36,876 bases of DNA, taken from positions 1-36,876 of IMG/VR virus record IMGVR_UViG_3300010214_000050; one strand, written 5' to 3'. The DNA comes from a virus (Duplodnaviria; Caudoviricetes). The notes beneath the pieces are model-generated. The model searched no databases. It was not told where the DNA came from and saw nothing but the letters and a program-made list of their open reading frames with translations. A program made the position numbers and the translations under genes. This document shows, piece after piece, positions 8,208 through 15,883 of the stretch. Every line of letters begins with the position of its first letter. Within the stretch, counting starts at the first letter, position 1.

Positions 8208-9011
8208 TTACTGACCAATGGACGAAATGCCATCAGCAATGACTTGCCCAAACTCACGACCCTTGTCGAGTAGATAGCCATAGCCCTTAGATAGCTTCTC
8301 TATGTCTCCGGTGATGGCTGCGGCTTTTTTGATCGTGGAGCCTATTTTTTCCCGTAGGGTTTCCACTTCAGGGTCATGTCCCTTCTCATCTAGCTCAGCT
8401 TTCAGAGCCTCTTCTTCAAACTGTGCATCCACAACTGCTTTGCGAACGGCATTTCTCAAAGGGGCCTCGCCTTGAATCGGCCACATAGTCATTGCCGTAC
8501 GAAGACTGTCCAACAGTCCCTTTGCGTACTGTCTGAAGTGCGGTGGAATGCCTTGGCTCTTAAGTGCCGTCTCAAGCTCTGCGACCAGCGCCTTCAACTC
8601 AGACATGGACTCAGCTGTCGCTTGATGATCTTCATCTGGCAAAACGACAGAAGCCCAACGAAGAGACAAAAGCATCTCTTCTCCCAAATATTGTCTGGTT
8701 TGATTACTGGCCCCTTGAACCAGATTGATGTTCAAGGCGTTGCGTAGCGTATTGAGGTATGGGCTTGTTAAGTTGTCGGCGTAATTGCCATCTCTCAATG
8801 CTGCGGTTACCAAGTTCAATTCACGATCACATGCAACGATTGCCTCAGCAATGCGATAACCAGCAACACCCTGCTCATCGCTAGAGAGCTTTAATGCTTG
8901 GGCCCATGCCTTCTGAGCCTCTTTAAATGTGCTCAAGCTATTTCTGAGCTCAGTGAAAAATGTGTACAGCCGACCTGCGGCGTTGTTCCCCAAACCTCTT
9001 CCTGTGCTCAT
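8208..9011 (-). CDS. Accessory all-helical hypothetical protein (267 aa)
   Basis: Long ORF with AGAGG RBS, lower GC by eye, co-oriented downstream of the repressor. Confidence 0.82.
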   Translation of the reverse strand: MSTGRGLGNNAAGRLYTFFTELRNSLSTFKEAQKAWAQALKLSSDEQGVAGYRIAEAIVACDRELNLVTAALRDGNYADNLTSPYLNTLRNALNINLVQGASNQTRQYLGEEMLLSLRWASVVLPDEDHQATAESMSELKALVAELETALKSQGIPPHFRQYAKGLLDSLRTAMTMWPIQGEAPLRNAVRKAVVDAQFEEEALKAELDEKGHDPEVETLREKIGSTIKKAAAITGDIEKLSKGYGYLLDKGREFGQVIADGISSIGQ

Positions 9012-9095
9012 GGTTGCCTCTTAACAGAACCGTAATTTCCGCTGAGTGGTTCAATGCACCTAACTCTCAGCAGTGGTGTTTTTCGTGGTGCACCT

Positions 9096-9581
9096 TTAGG
9101 CCGCACGCCCAGCTCGTGGGTTCTTCAAATTTCGTGGGTCTTCCATGACCGTGTCCAGATACATATTCAGCAAATTGAGCTGTTCGGACTTCAGGTTGAT
9201 CACCATTCGCGTATCAAACCGCCTCTCCATGAAATCGAGGATGGCGATACGGTCGCGCAACTGATCCAAGCGACGCAATGTCGCAGATTGCTCCGCAGAA
9301 CTGGGCTTGCGCACTTGAGGTTCATTTGCTGGGGCTTGAGGCGCTTGAATCACAGTCACATGCGTATGCGTGTGTTGGTGGTGGCTGACACGGTTAACCA
9401 CGTTTCCACCTGCATACCCAACCTGCAAGTTATTGCTTCCGCCATCCACCTCAAAAAGGGAAGGTGTCACTGCTTCCATCGGGGCATCGGCCGCAGAGGT
9501 GCTCACTATGCGAGGGATCTCGGCAACGCTCTGCTTCGCAGGCCTAGCCCAACCCATCCATCTCAGAATCATCTCCCACAT
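9096..9581 (-). CDS. Repressor-linked protein with QVGYAGG motif and helical C-terminal domain (possibly ORF6C-like)
   Basis: Starts 17 nt after the repressor stop; shares QVGYAGGxV with the repressor tail; C-terminal DFMERRFDTRMVINLKSEQLNLLNMYL. Confidence 0.8.
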   Translation of the reverse strand: MWEMILRWMGWARPAKQSVAEIPRIVSTSAADAPMEAVTPSLFEVDGGSNNLQVGYAGGNVVNRVSHHQHTHTHVTVIQAPQAPANEPQVRKPSSAEQSATLRRLDQLRDRIAILDFMERRFDTRMVINLKSEQLNLLNMYLDTVMEDPRNLKNPRAGRAA

Positions 9582-9598
9582 CTACTGAGCGCACTTTC

Positions 9599-10054
9599 TT
9601 ATTTTTTGACGGAAACCTTGCCACCGGCATATCCCACTTGAACAACACCATCGTGGTTGCTGGTCAAGTTACCCACCTTCACTGAGCTTGGCCCGGACTT
9701 TGCCGAGCTTTTAGGCGAGGCAGCAGGTGCAAGGCCTGCTGACAAAAGCGCGGCCGTCTGAATCAGATTGGCCTTGGCATCGGGCTTGCAGCGGCGATAG
9801 CTATCGAGCAGTACCTGTTCTGCAGGGTCTGCGGGGGTGGAGTTAGCTCGTTCCCCCGTCAAAACGTAGTGCACATCTACGCCTTGAGCCGCAAGAGCAG
9901 CCAAGACCTCACCACCTGGCACAGAGTCGCCACGCTCGCAACGTCCCCAGTATTCGCGGGAAACGCCAGAAATATCAGCAGCTTGCGCTTGATTCCAGCC
10001 AGCAGTTTTCCTCACCTCTTTGAGGCGTGAGCCGAAAAGTGATGAAAAGGTCAC
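9599..10054 (-). CDS. Prophage repressor (XRE HTH), no peptidase S24 domain
   Basis: FGSRLKEVRKTAGWNQAQAADISGVSREYWGRCERG HTH and DVHYVLTG; divergent from the ner-like gene; GTG 10054 has an AAGAGG RBS (ATG 10096 is an alternative). Confidence 0.9.
   Translation of the reverse strand: MTFSSLFGSRLKEVRKTAGWNQAQAADISGVSREYWGRCERGDSVPGGEVLAALAAQGVDVHYVLTGERANSTPADPAEQVLLDSYRRCKPDAKANLIQTAALLSAGLAPAASPKSSAKSGPSSVKVGNLTSNHDGVVQVGYAGGKVSVKK
10039..10054. promoter_or_regulatory. Putative operator 1, GTGATGAAAAGGTCAC
   Basis: Dyad GTGA-N8-TCAC; matches the second site as GWGAT-N5-GGTCWC; overlaps the repressor start. Confidence 0.55.
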
Positions 10055-10063
10055 AAAAACCTC

Positions 10064-10092
10064 TTGATAAAGAGATTTATTGGTCTCATAAT
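10064..10092 (+). promoter_or_regulatory. Early sigma70 promoter (Pe-like) with operator 2 (GAGATTTATTGGTCTC, 10072-10087) in its spacer
   Basis: TTGATA (10064-10069), 17 nt, CATAAT (10087-10092), upstream of the ner-like gene. Confidence 0.75.
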
Positions 10093-10158
10093 TCATTTCA
10101 ACAAGTTCAACGCAACCGGCACCTGCGCCAACAGATGCCAACAAACTAGGAGCCCGAC

Positions 10159-10410
10159 ATGGCACTCAAAACCAGAGCCCAGATCCGTGATGAATTCGCG
10201 CAACGCGGTTGGTCCATCACCGGCTGGGCCCGTCAACATGGTTACAGCCCCGTCCTGGTCAGCGACATCATCAACGACGATGAACGCAACCCCAAGCGCA
10301 AATGCCTGCGCGGTGAAAGCCACAACATCGCTGTCGACTTGAAGCTCAAGGACGGTTTGGTTTCTCGCCCGGCCAACGTGACAGCGTTCAACCTGACCGC
10401 TACAGCGTGA
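10159..10410 (+). CDS. Ner/Cro-like DNA-binding protein (BcepMu gp16 family)
   Basis: KTRAQIRDEFAQRGWSITGWARQHG...KCLRGESHNIAVDLKLK; AGGAG RBS; divergent from the repressor. Confidence 0.88.
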   Translation: MALKTRAQIRDEFAQRGWSITGWARQHGYSPVLVSDIINDDERNPKRKCLRGESHNIAVDLKLKDGLVSRPANVTAFNLTATA

Positions 10411-10506
10411 GAAGCGCCATGCGTACTCCAGGCCTCAATGTAACAAATTTGGCGGGCTCTCAAACCGTCCAGTTTGATACACATGGGTTTCCCGTAAATA
10501 TGCCGC

Positions 10507-10752
10507 TCATTGGGGCATCTGCCGGTTGGAGCGTGCCGTGTCCAACTGCGCTGCCATTTGCAACAGCACTTTGCGCGATGCCTGTAACTGAACGCCAAGC
10601 GCCAAAGGCTCAGGCCTTGCTTGACGCCAAGCCTTTGCCAGTTGGGGGCCTCGTATGAAGCCATCTATCTCCAGCTGCGCAGTCAGCCTGAGCAGGGCTT
10701 GCGCCAGCCCGTCAATGCGCCCCGCCAATTCATCCAAGCCAGTTGATTCCAT
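10507..10752 (-). CDS. Hypothetical protein (81 aa) antisense to the early operon
   Basis: GGAGGT RBS 5 nt upstream of the ATG; amphipathic helical sequence LDELAGRIDGLAQALLRL. Confidence 0.65.
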   Translation of the reverse strand: MESTGLDELAGRIDGLAQALLRLTAQLEIDGFIRGPQLAKAWRQARPEPLALGVQLQASRKVLLQMAAQLDTARSNRQMPQ

Positions 10753-10908
10753 GTCGCACCTCCCGTGCCCTGTGGTCGATGGCTCAACTTTGCCTGCGCA
10801 AAAGTGCTTTGCACTGTTTCCAGAAGGCTATTTGTTTGGATGCCCCTGCCAACCCATCTCTTCCAAAACATCGCGGCCTCTGGAAATGCCGCAGACAGGA
10901 GTCCTGTA

Positions 10909-11379
10909 ATGCGCAAGAGCTGGAACAAGGTGCGCTTTAACAGCCTGACCGACGCTCTGCGCGGCTGCACCGATTACGCCATGGACAAGGAAGCCAACCT
11001 GTCCCAGAGTCGTATCGCAGACCGCATGGGCATCTCGCTGGACAGCCACTACAAGTACCTTTCCACGGGCCGCTTGCCAGCCATCCTCATACCTACGCTG
11101 GAGATGGCTTGCGGCAACAACTTTGTCAGCACTTGGCTGGCTACCAACGCGGGCAAGCTGGTCATTGACCGCCCCAAGGGCCGCAAGGCAGCGGCCACTG
11201 ACCTTGTTGAGTTCCACACCGGCTTTGCCGAGGCGCTTCGGCTGCTGGGCGAATTTCACCAGGGCAAGGCCACAGCCCAAGACACGCTGGCCGCACTACA
11301 GCGCCATTTGGAGGCTGCCGCCTGGCACCACACCAACGTGGTCCAGCACGCGACCCCTGAGCTGGACTTTGAAGCATGA
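10909..11379 (+). CDS. Phage regulatory protein (CII-like HTH)
   Basis: AGGAG RBS before ATG 10909; HTH-like SQSRIADRMGISLDSHYKYLSTGRLP; C-terminal PELDF. Confidence 0.75.
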   Translation: MRKSWNKVRFNSLTDALRGCTDYAMDKEANLSQSRIADRMGISLDSHYKYLSTGRLPAILIPTLEMACGNNFVSTWLATNAGKLVIDRPKGRKAAATDLVEFHTGFAEALRLLGEFHQGKATAQDTLAALQRHLEAAAWHHTNVVQHATPELDFEA

Positions 11380-11690
11380 GCAACAGCAGCAAAGCCCTGG
11401 CGGGCTCTATCCGCAAAGCAAATGCCTTGTATCGCCTGTTGGCCGGTCATGAACTACTGGGCCTGAGCCCTGGCGAGATTGCCAAAGGCATCGACGTATC
11501 ACCCAGCTGGGTCTCCCTCAATCTGCCCGCATTGGCCGAGGACGGCTTTGTGGAGCTGGTGCAAGGCACCAACCGCTGGCGCCTGGGTGTGCAGTTTGTG
11601 CGCATCGCAATCACCGTCAGCACCAATCTCAACCAGGCCAAGCGCCAGCTGGATGACCTGACCCAACGCTACGCCGTCCCTCTCAACTGA
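11376..11690 (+). CDS. IclR-like winged-HTH DNA-binding protein
   Basis: LAGHELLGLSPGEIAKGIDVSPSWVSLNLPALAEDGFVE...RWRLG; typical of B3-type early regions. Confidence 0.8.
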   Translation: MSNSSKALAGSIRKANALYRLLAGHELLGLSPGEIAKGIDVSPSWVSLNLPALAEDGFVELVQGTNRWRLGVQFVRIAITVSTNLNQAKRQLDDLTQRYAVPLN

Positions 11691-11705
11691 TTTCAACGCA
11701 ACCCC
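11685..11705 (+). repeat. 21-bp direct repeat, copy 1 (AACTGATTTCAACGCAACCCC)
   Basis: Identical to 14502-14522; directly precedes an RBS. Confidence 0.9.
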
Positions 11706-11722
11706 GAAAGGAAAACAACAAC

Positions 11723-12619
11723 ATGGCCCGTAACACCACCCCCGCACCCGAAAGCAAGGAAGTGCCCGCCAACGAAGTGGTGATCGCCGAGGAGTTCAAT
11801 GCCGCCAATCAGTTGGCCGTCATGACCATTGAAGCCAATGAACAAGCGATGACCATCGCCAAGCAAGTTGGTTATTCAGGCGCCGTCACCGTGGGTGCCT
11901 TGGAAGATGAAATCCGCTTCTACCAGCGTCGCACAGTAGAAGCCGTGCTGGAGACAGGCAAGCGATTGCTCGTTCTCAAGGAGCTGACGCCCCATGGTGA
12001 GTTCACCCAGCGCGTTGAAATGTTGGGCTTCAGTGATCGCACCGCTCGCCGCTTTATGCAAGCAGCGTTGAAAACAGCTAAATCGGCCAATTTGGCCGCT
12101 TTGGGCAACCAAGTGAAATCGGCCAGTGCCTTCCTGGAGCTGGTCACCCACGACGATGATGTGCTGGAAAACCTGGCTGAAATGGACGATATCGACCGTC
12201 TGAGCGCCAGTGAACTGCGCACTCGCCTGCGTGAAGCCAAAGCAGAAAAAGACGCCAGCGACAAGCTGCTTGAGAACAAGAACAAGCAGATCGACAAGCT
12301 GGAGCGTGAGAAGCAGCGTATCGCGCAGATGGCACCTGATGAAGCTCTGGCTGATCTCAAGACCGCCGCAACCCGTATTGCCAACGATGCGGTGGGTGCC
12401 ATTCAGGGCGGCGTCCGTCAAGCCCTGATCAAGCTGCGTGAATTGCCCCAGGGCACCTCTCAGACGGCCTTTGCCGCTGGCCTGCTGGGCGAGCTGCAAG
12501 CCGAAATCAATGCCCTGCGCGAAGAGTTTGGCTTACCGGACATTGCCAGCGCAGCCGAACGCGAACTGGCCGCAGACACCCAAGCCTGGGCTGGCGGCGG
12601 CGAAGCAGTCGAGGCTTGA
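11723..12619 (+). CDS. DUF3102-like protein preceding the transposase
   Basis: ETGKRLLVLKELTPHGEF...GFSDRTARRFMQAA; coiled-coil C-terminus; AAGGA RBS. Confidence 0.82.
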   Translation: MARNTTPAPESKEVPANEVVIAEEFNAANQLAVMTIEANEQAMTIAKQVGYSGAVTVGALEDEIRFYQRRTVEAVLETGKRLLVLKELTPHGEFTQRVEMLGFSDRTARRFMQAALKTAKSANLAALGNQVKSASAFLELVTHDDDVLENLAEMDDIDRLSASELRTRLREAKAEKDASDKLLENKNKQIDKLEREKQRIAQMAPDEALADLKTAATRIANDAVGAIQGGVRQALIKLRELPQGTSQTAFAAGLLGELQAEINALREEFGLPDIASAAERELAADTQAWAGGGEAVEA

Positions 12620-12628
12620 GGACGGGTC

Positions 12629-14401
12629 ATGAGCCTCAGTGCAACGCTCACCCAACGCCTTGTTCAGGTGGCTGCTCAGGCGGCAGCCGCACCAGCAGGC
12701 GGAAAGCAGGTCGTCTACAGGGCGGCTTGCCAAGAACTGAGCATCAGCCTGCCCACGCTTTACCGTCACCTGGACAAGATCACCGTGAAACCCGAACGTA
12801 AACAGCGCAGCGATGCCGGGGCTGTCAGTCTGCCCCGTGAAGAAGCTGTCGTCATTAGCGCCTTGCTCATGGTCAGCCACCGCAAGAGCAACAAGCGCCT
12901 GATGTCCATTGGGCAAGCCCTGGACATCTTGCGCGCGAACGGGGAAGTGCGTGCCGAGCGCACCGACCCGTCAACAGGCGAAGTGCTGCCTTTGTCTGAA
13001 AGTGCTGTAGCTCGCGCTCTGCGTAGTTTTGGCCTGCACCCCGACCAGCTCAACCGTGCCACCCCCGCAGTTGAGTTGCGTAGCCTGCACCCCAACCATG
13101 TCTGGCAGGTCGATGCATCACTGTGCGTGCTGTACTACCTCAAGGACAGCAGCGGCAAGGAGAGTGGCCTGCAGGTCATGGAGCATGACAAGTTCTACAA
13201 GAACAAGCCTGCCAACCTGTCTCGCATCGCCGCCGACCGCGTGTGGTCCTATGAACTCTCGGACCACAGCAGCGCGTCCATCTACCTTGAATATGTGATG
13301 GGCGCTGAAAGCGCGGCCAACCTCACCAACGTGTTCATCAATGCCATCCAGCAGCGTCCTGGTGAGCCGTTCTATGGGGTGCCACGCATTCTGATGATGG
13401 ACATGGGCAGTGCCAATACCTCTGGCCTGTTCAGCAATCTGGCACGCCGCCTGCAGATTCAGCTGATTGCCCACGCGGCAGGCAATGCCCGCGCAACCGG
13501 CCAGATTGAGAAAAGCCGCGATCTGATTGAGCGCAGCTTTGAAGCAGGCCTGCGCCTGGCGCCGGTGTCCAGCCTGGACGAGCTCAACCGCCAGGCACGC
13601 CGCTGGGCCAAGTGGTTCAACGCTAACAAGATCCACTCCCGCCATGGCCGTACACGATACGACCAGTGGATGACCATCACCACCGAGCAGCTGCGCCTGG
13701 CACCCAGCGTGGAGCTGTGCCGCGAGCTGCTGACCCATGAGCCAGAAGCCCGCAAGGTCAGCGACACGCTCAGCGTCGCCTTCAAGGGCCGTGAGTTCGA
13801 CGTGCGCAATGTGCCCAATGTGATGGTCGGTGAAAAGCTCATGCTGGCAATCAACCCCTGGGTGGCTGACGCCGCCATGGTGGTGGATACCGATTCCGAG
13901 GGCAATGAGCTGTTGATCTCTGTGCCAGTGGTCGTGCGTGATGACGCCGGCTTCCGCGAGGACGGCAATGTGATTGGCGAAGACTGGGCCCGCCCTGCGG
14001 ATACCCAGCTGGATACCAATCGCAAGGAGGTCGCCATGGCAGCTTACGACGCCAGCACCCTGGAGGAGCTGGAAGCCAAGCGCAAGGCCAAGGCGCTGCC
14101 ATTCAGCGGCCGCATCGACCCCTACAAGCCTATCGAACAGGCTCCTGAGCGCACCTTTATTCCCAAGCGCGGCACCGAACTGGTGACCAATGTCACCACA
14201 AGCGCCAGCGCTTCGGCCCGCCTGCTCAATGCCTTTGAAGTTGCCAAGGCGCTGCAGGGCATGGGCATGTCCATGGACCGGGAAAAAGCCTCACAGCTGC
14301 GCACCTGGTACCCCGATGGCGTGCCCGAGGACGAGCTGCAGGCTGTCTATGACCGCTTGACTATGCGCGGCCAGCTGCGCGTGGTGGCAGGAGGTGCCTG
14401 A
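12629..14401 (+). CDS. DDE transposase (MuA analogue, B3/BcepMu type)
   Basis: N-terminal HTH with RKQRSDAG; catalytic core HPNHVWQVDAS / MMDMGSAN / RATGQIEK. Confidence 0.95.
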   Translation: MSLSATLTQRLVQVAAQAAAAPAGGKQVVYRAACQELSISLPTLYRHLDKITVKPERKQRSDAGAVSLPREEAVVISALLMVSHRKSNKRLMSIGQALDILRANGEVRAERTDPSTGEVLPLSESAVARALRSFGLHPDQLNRATPAVELRSLHPNHVWQVDASLCVLYYLKDSSGKESGLQVMEHDKFYKNKPANLSRIAADRVWSYELSDHSSASIYLEYVMGAESAANLTNVFINAIQQRPGEPFYGVPRILMMDMGSANTSGLFSNLARRLQIQLIAHAAGNARATGQIEKSRDLIERSFEAGLRLAPVSSLDELNRQARRWAKWFNANKIHSRHGRTRYDQWMTITTEQLRLAPSVELCRELLTHEPEARKVSDTLSVAFKGREFDVRNVPNVMVGEKLMLAINPWVADAAMVVDTDSEGNELLISVPVVVRDDAGFREDGNVIGEDWARPADTQLDTNRKEVAMAAYDASTLEELEAKRKAKALPFSGRIDPYKPIEQAPERTFIPKRGTELVTNVTTSASASARLLNAFEVAKALQGMGMSMDREKASQLRTWYPDGVPEDELQAVYDRLTMRGQLRVVAGGA

Positions 14402-15435
14402 TGGCTCAGACCGCAACTTGCGAAATTTCGCAAATTCGCAATCTCAAACCCGCAAATAAGTTGGCCCCGGTGTGCTCTCAACACGCCGAGGCCGCCCCAG
14501 AAACTGATTTCAACGCAACCCCTGAGGAGGAACCAATGCTACTGCAAAACGAATCCCTGAGCACAAAAGCGCGCAAGCACTTCAATCTGCCCCGCAATCC
14601 CTTCCTGGATGATGTGCAGACCCCTGACGATGTCTACCAGACGCCCAGCGTGCGCTATGCCCGCGTGGCTCTGACCGATTGCGCCCGACACCATGGCTTC
14701 ATGGCACTGGTGGCCGAGTCCGGCGCGGGCAAGTCCACGCTGGCCGAAGACCTGGAAGAGCGTGTGCGTAAGGAATCCACCGAGATCGTGGTCATCCGCC
14801 CCTATGTGCTGGCCATGGAAGAAAACGACGTCAAGGGAAAGACGCTCAAGAGCGCATCTATTGCCGAGGCCATCATCTTCGCCCTCGACCCGCACGCCAA
14901 ACCCAAGATCAGCAGCCAGGCACGCTTTCGCCAGGCGCACGAGCTGCTGCGCGCCAGCGCCCAGTCTGGTCACCGTCATCTGCTGCTGATCGAGGAGGCC
15001 CACAACCTGCCCGTGGCCACGCTCAAGCATCTCAAGCGCTGGATCGAGCTCAAGGACGGCATGCGCCGCCTGCTGGGCATTGCGCTGATCGGCCAGCCCG
15101 AGCTGCGCCGCCGCCTGAGTGCCCAGAACCCCGAGGTGCGCGAGGTGGCCCAGCGCTGCGAAATAGTGGAACTCGACCCACTGAACACCGAGCTGGAGGG
15201 TTACCTCAAGCACAAGTTCGCCCGCTTTGACCTCAAGTATGACGACGTGTTTGCGCCTGATGCCGCTGACGCGATCCGATCGCGCCTGATCTACCTGCCG
15301 CGCGGCGGCAAGGAGGCCGACATCACCAGCATCTGCTACCCGCTGGTGGTGAACAACCTGGTCTGCCGTGCCATGAATGCCGCTGCCGAGGCTGGCTGGG
15401 ACACGGTCAACGCCCAAGTCATCAAGGGGTGCTGA
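14401..15435 (+). CDS. Transposition ATPase (MuB analogue, ExeA-like AAA); likely main start at ATG 14536
   Basis: Walker A AESGAGKS, Walker B LLLIEEAH, LIGQPEL, REVAQRCE; strong GAGGAGG RBS before 14536. Confidence 0.93.
   Translation: MAQTATCEISQIRNLKPANKLAPVCSQHAEAAPETDFNATPEEEPMLLQNESLSTKARKHFNLPRNPFLDDVQTPDDVYQTPSVRYARVALTDCARHHGFMALVAESGAGKSTLAEDLEERVRKESTEIVVIRPYVLAMEENDVKGKTLKSASIAEAIIFALDPHAKPKISSQARFRQAHELLRASAQSGHRHLLLIEEAHNLPVATLKHLKRWIELKDGMRRLLGIALIGQPELRRRLSAQNPEVREVAQRCEIVELDPLNTELEGYLKHKFARFDLKYDDVFAPDAADAIRSRLIYLPRGGKEADITSICYPLVVNNLVCRAMNAAAEAGWDTVNAQVIKGC
14502..14522 (+). repeat. 21-bp direct repeat, copy 2
   Basis: Identical to 11685-11705; directly precedes the GAGGAGG RBS. 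Confidence 0.9.
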
Positions 15436-15437
15436 AC

Positions 15438-15644
15438 ATGCATAAGAAGGTCGTTTCCATGGTTGCACACAAAGCTTTGCGCCTGGCTTGGATCAAGCGC
15501 CGCGCCCGCATGCTGCAGCGCGCATTCGCCGCTGACCTGGTCACTGCCCAGTTAGAGGCAACTGTCGACTGGTATCGCTTTCGCGGGAAAGCCTTGCCTT
15601 ACAGCGTTGCTCGTCGGGTTCAAGCGATGAAGGTGAAGGCATGA
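15438..15644 (+). CDS. Hypothetical protein
   Basis: Closely packed ORF; its stop overlaps the next start (ATGA). Confidence 0.6.
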   Translation: MHKKVVSMVAHKALRLAWIKRRARMLQRAFAADLVTAQLEATVDWYRFRGKALPYSVARRVQAMKVKA

Positions 15645-15883
15645 AGCGCTATTTCTTTGAACCTGGTGCGGTGGTTTGCTACCGCAGGCGCGGCCTCAAG
15701 GCTGGCCTGGGACGAGGTCTGCAGGCTTGCAAAGGCCTGTTGCAGACGGCGTTGAATAGCCATCCGTCTGACTCCATTGGTCGGTTCTTGTTACTGGCGG
15801 CGATGGTCGCGGCCGCAGCTGCCTGCCTTGGAGCTATCGCGGGCTATGTCCAGTTTGAGTTGGGTATGGGAGTCATTCGATGA
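15641..15883 (+). CDS. Small membrane protein
   Basis: Hydrophobic segment FLLLAAMVAAAAACLGAIAGYV; ATGA overlaps on both sides. Confidence 0.65.
   Translation: MKRYFFEPGAVVCYRRRGLKAGLGRGLQACKGLLQTALNSHPSDSIGRFLLLAAMVAAAAACLGAIAGYVQFELGMGVIR

Noticed and set aside
9054-9641. 195-aa plus-strand ORF
   Set aside because: Antisense to the repressor-partner gene, which has better operon context and motif support.
10407-10658. 83-aa plus-strand ORF after the ner-like gene
   Set aside because: Overlaps the better-supported minus-strand ORF 10507-10752 and has no recognisable features; not fully excluded.
11685-14522. 21-bp repeats read as att sites or a mini-CRISPR
   Set aside because: Only two full copies 2.8 kb apart, flanking core phage genes, with no integrase or cas genes. 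Kept as a regulatory-motif finding instead.
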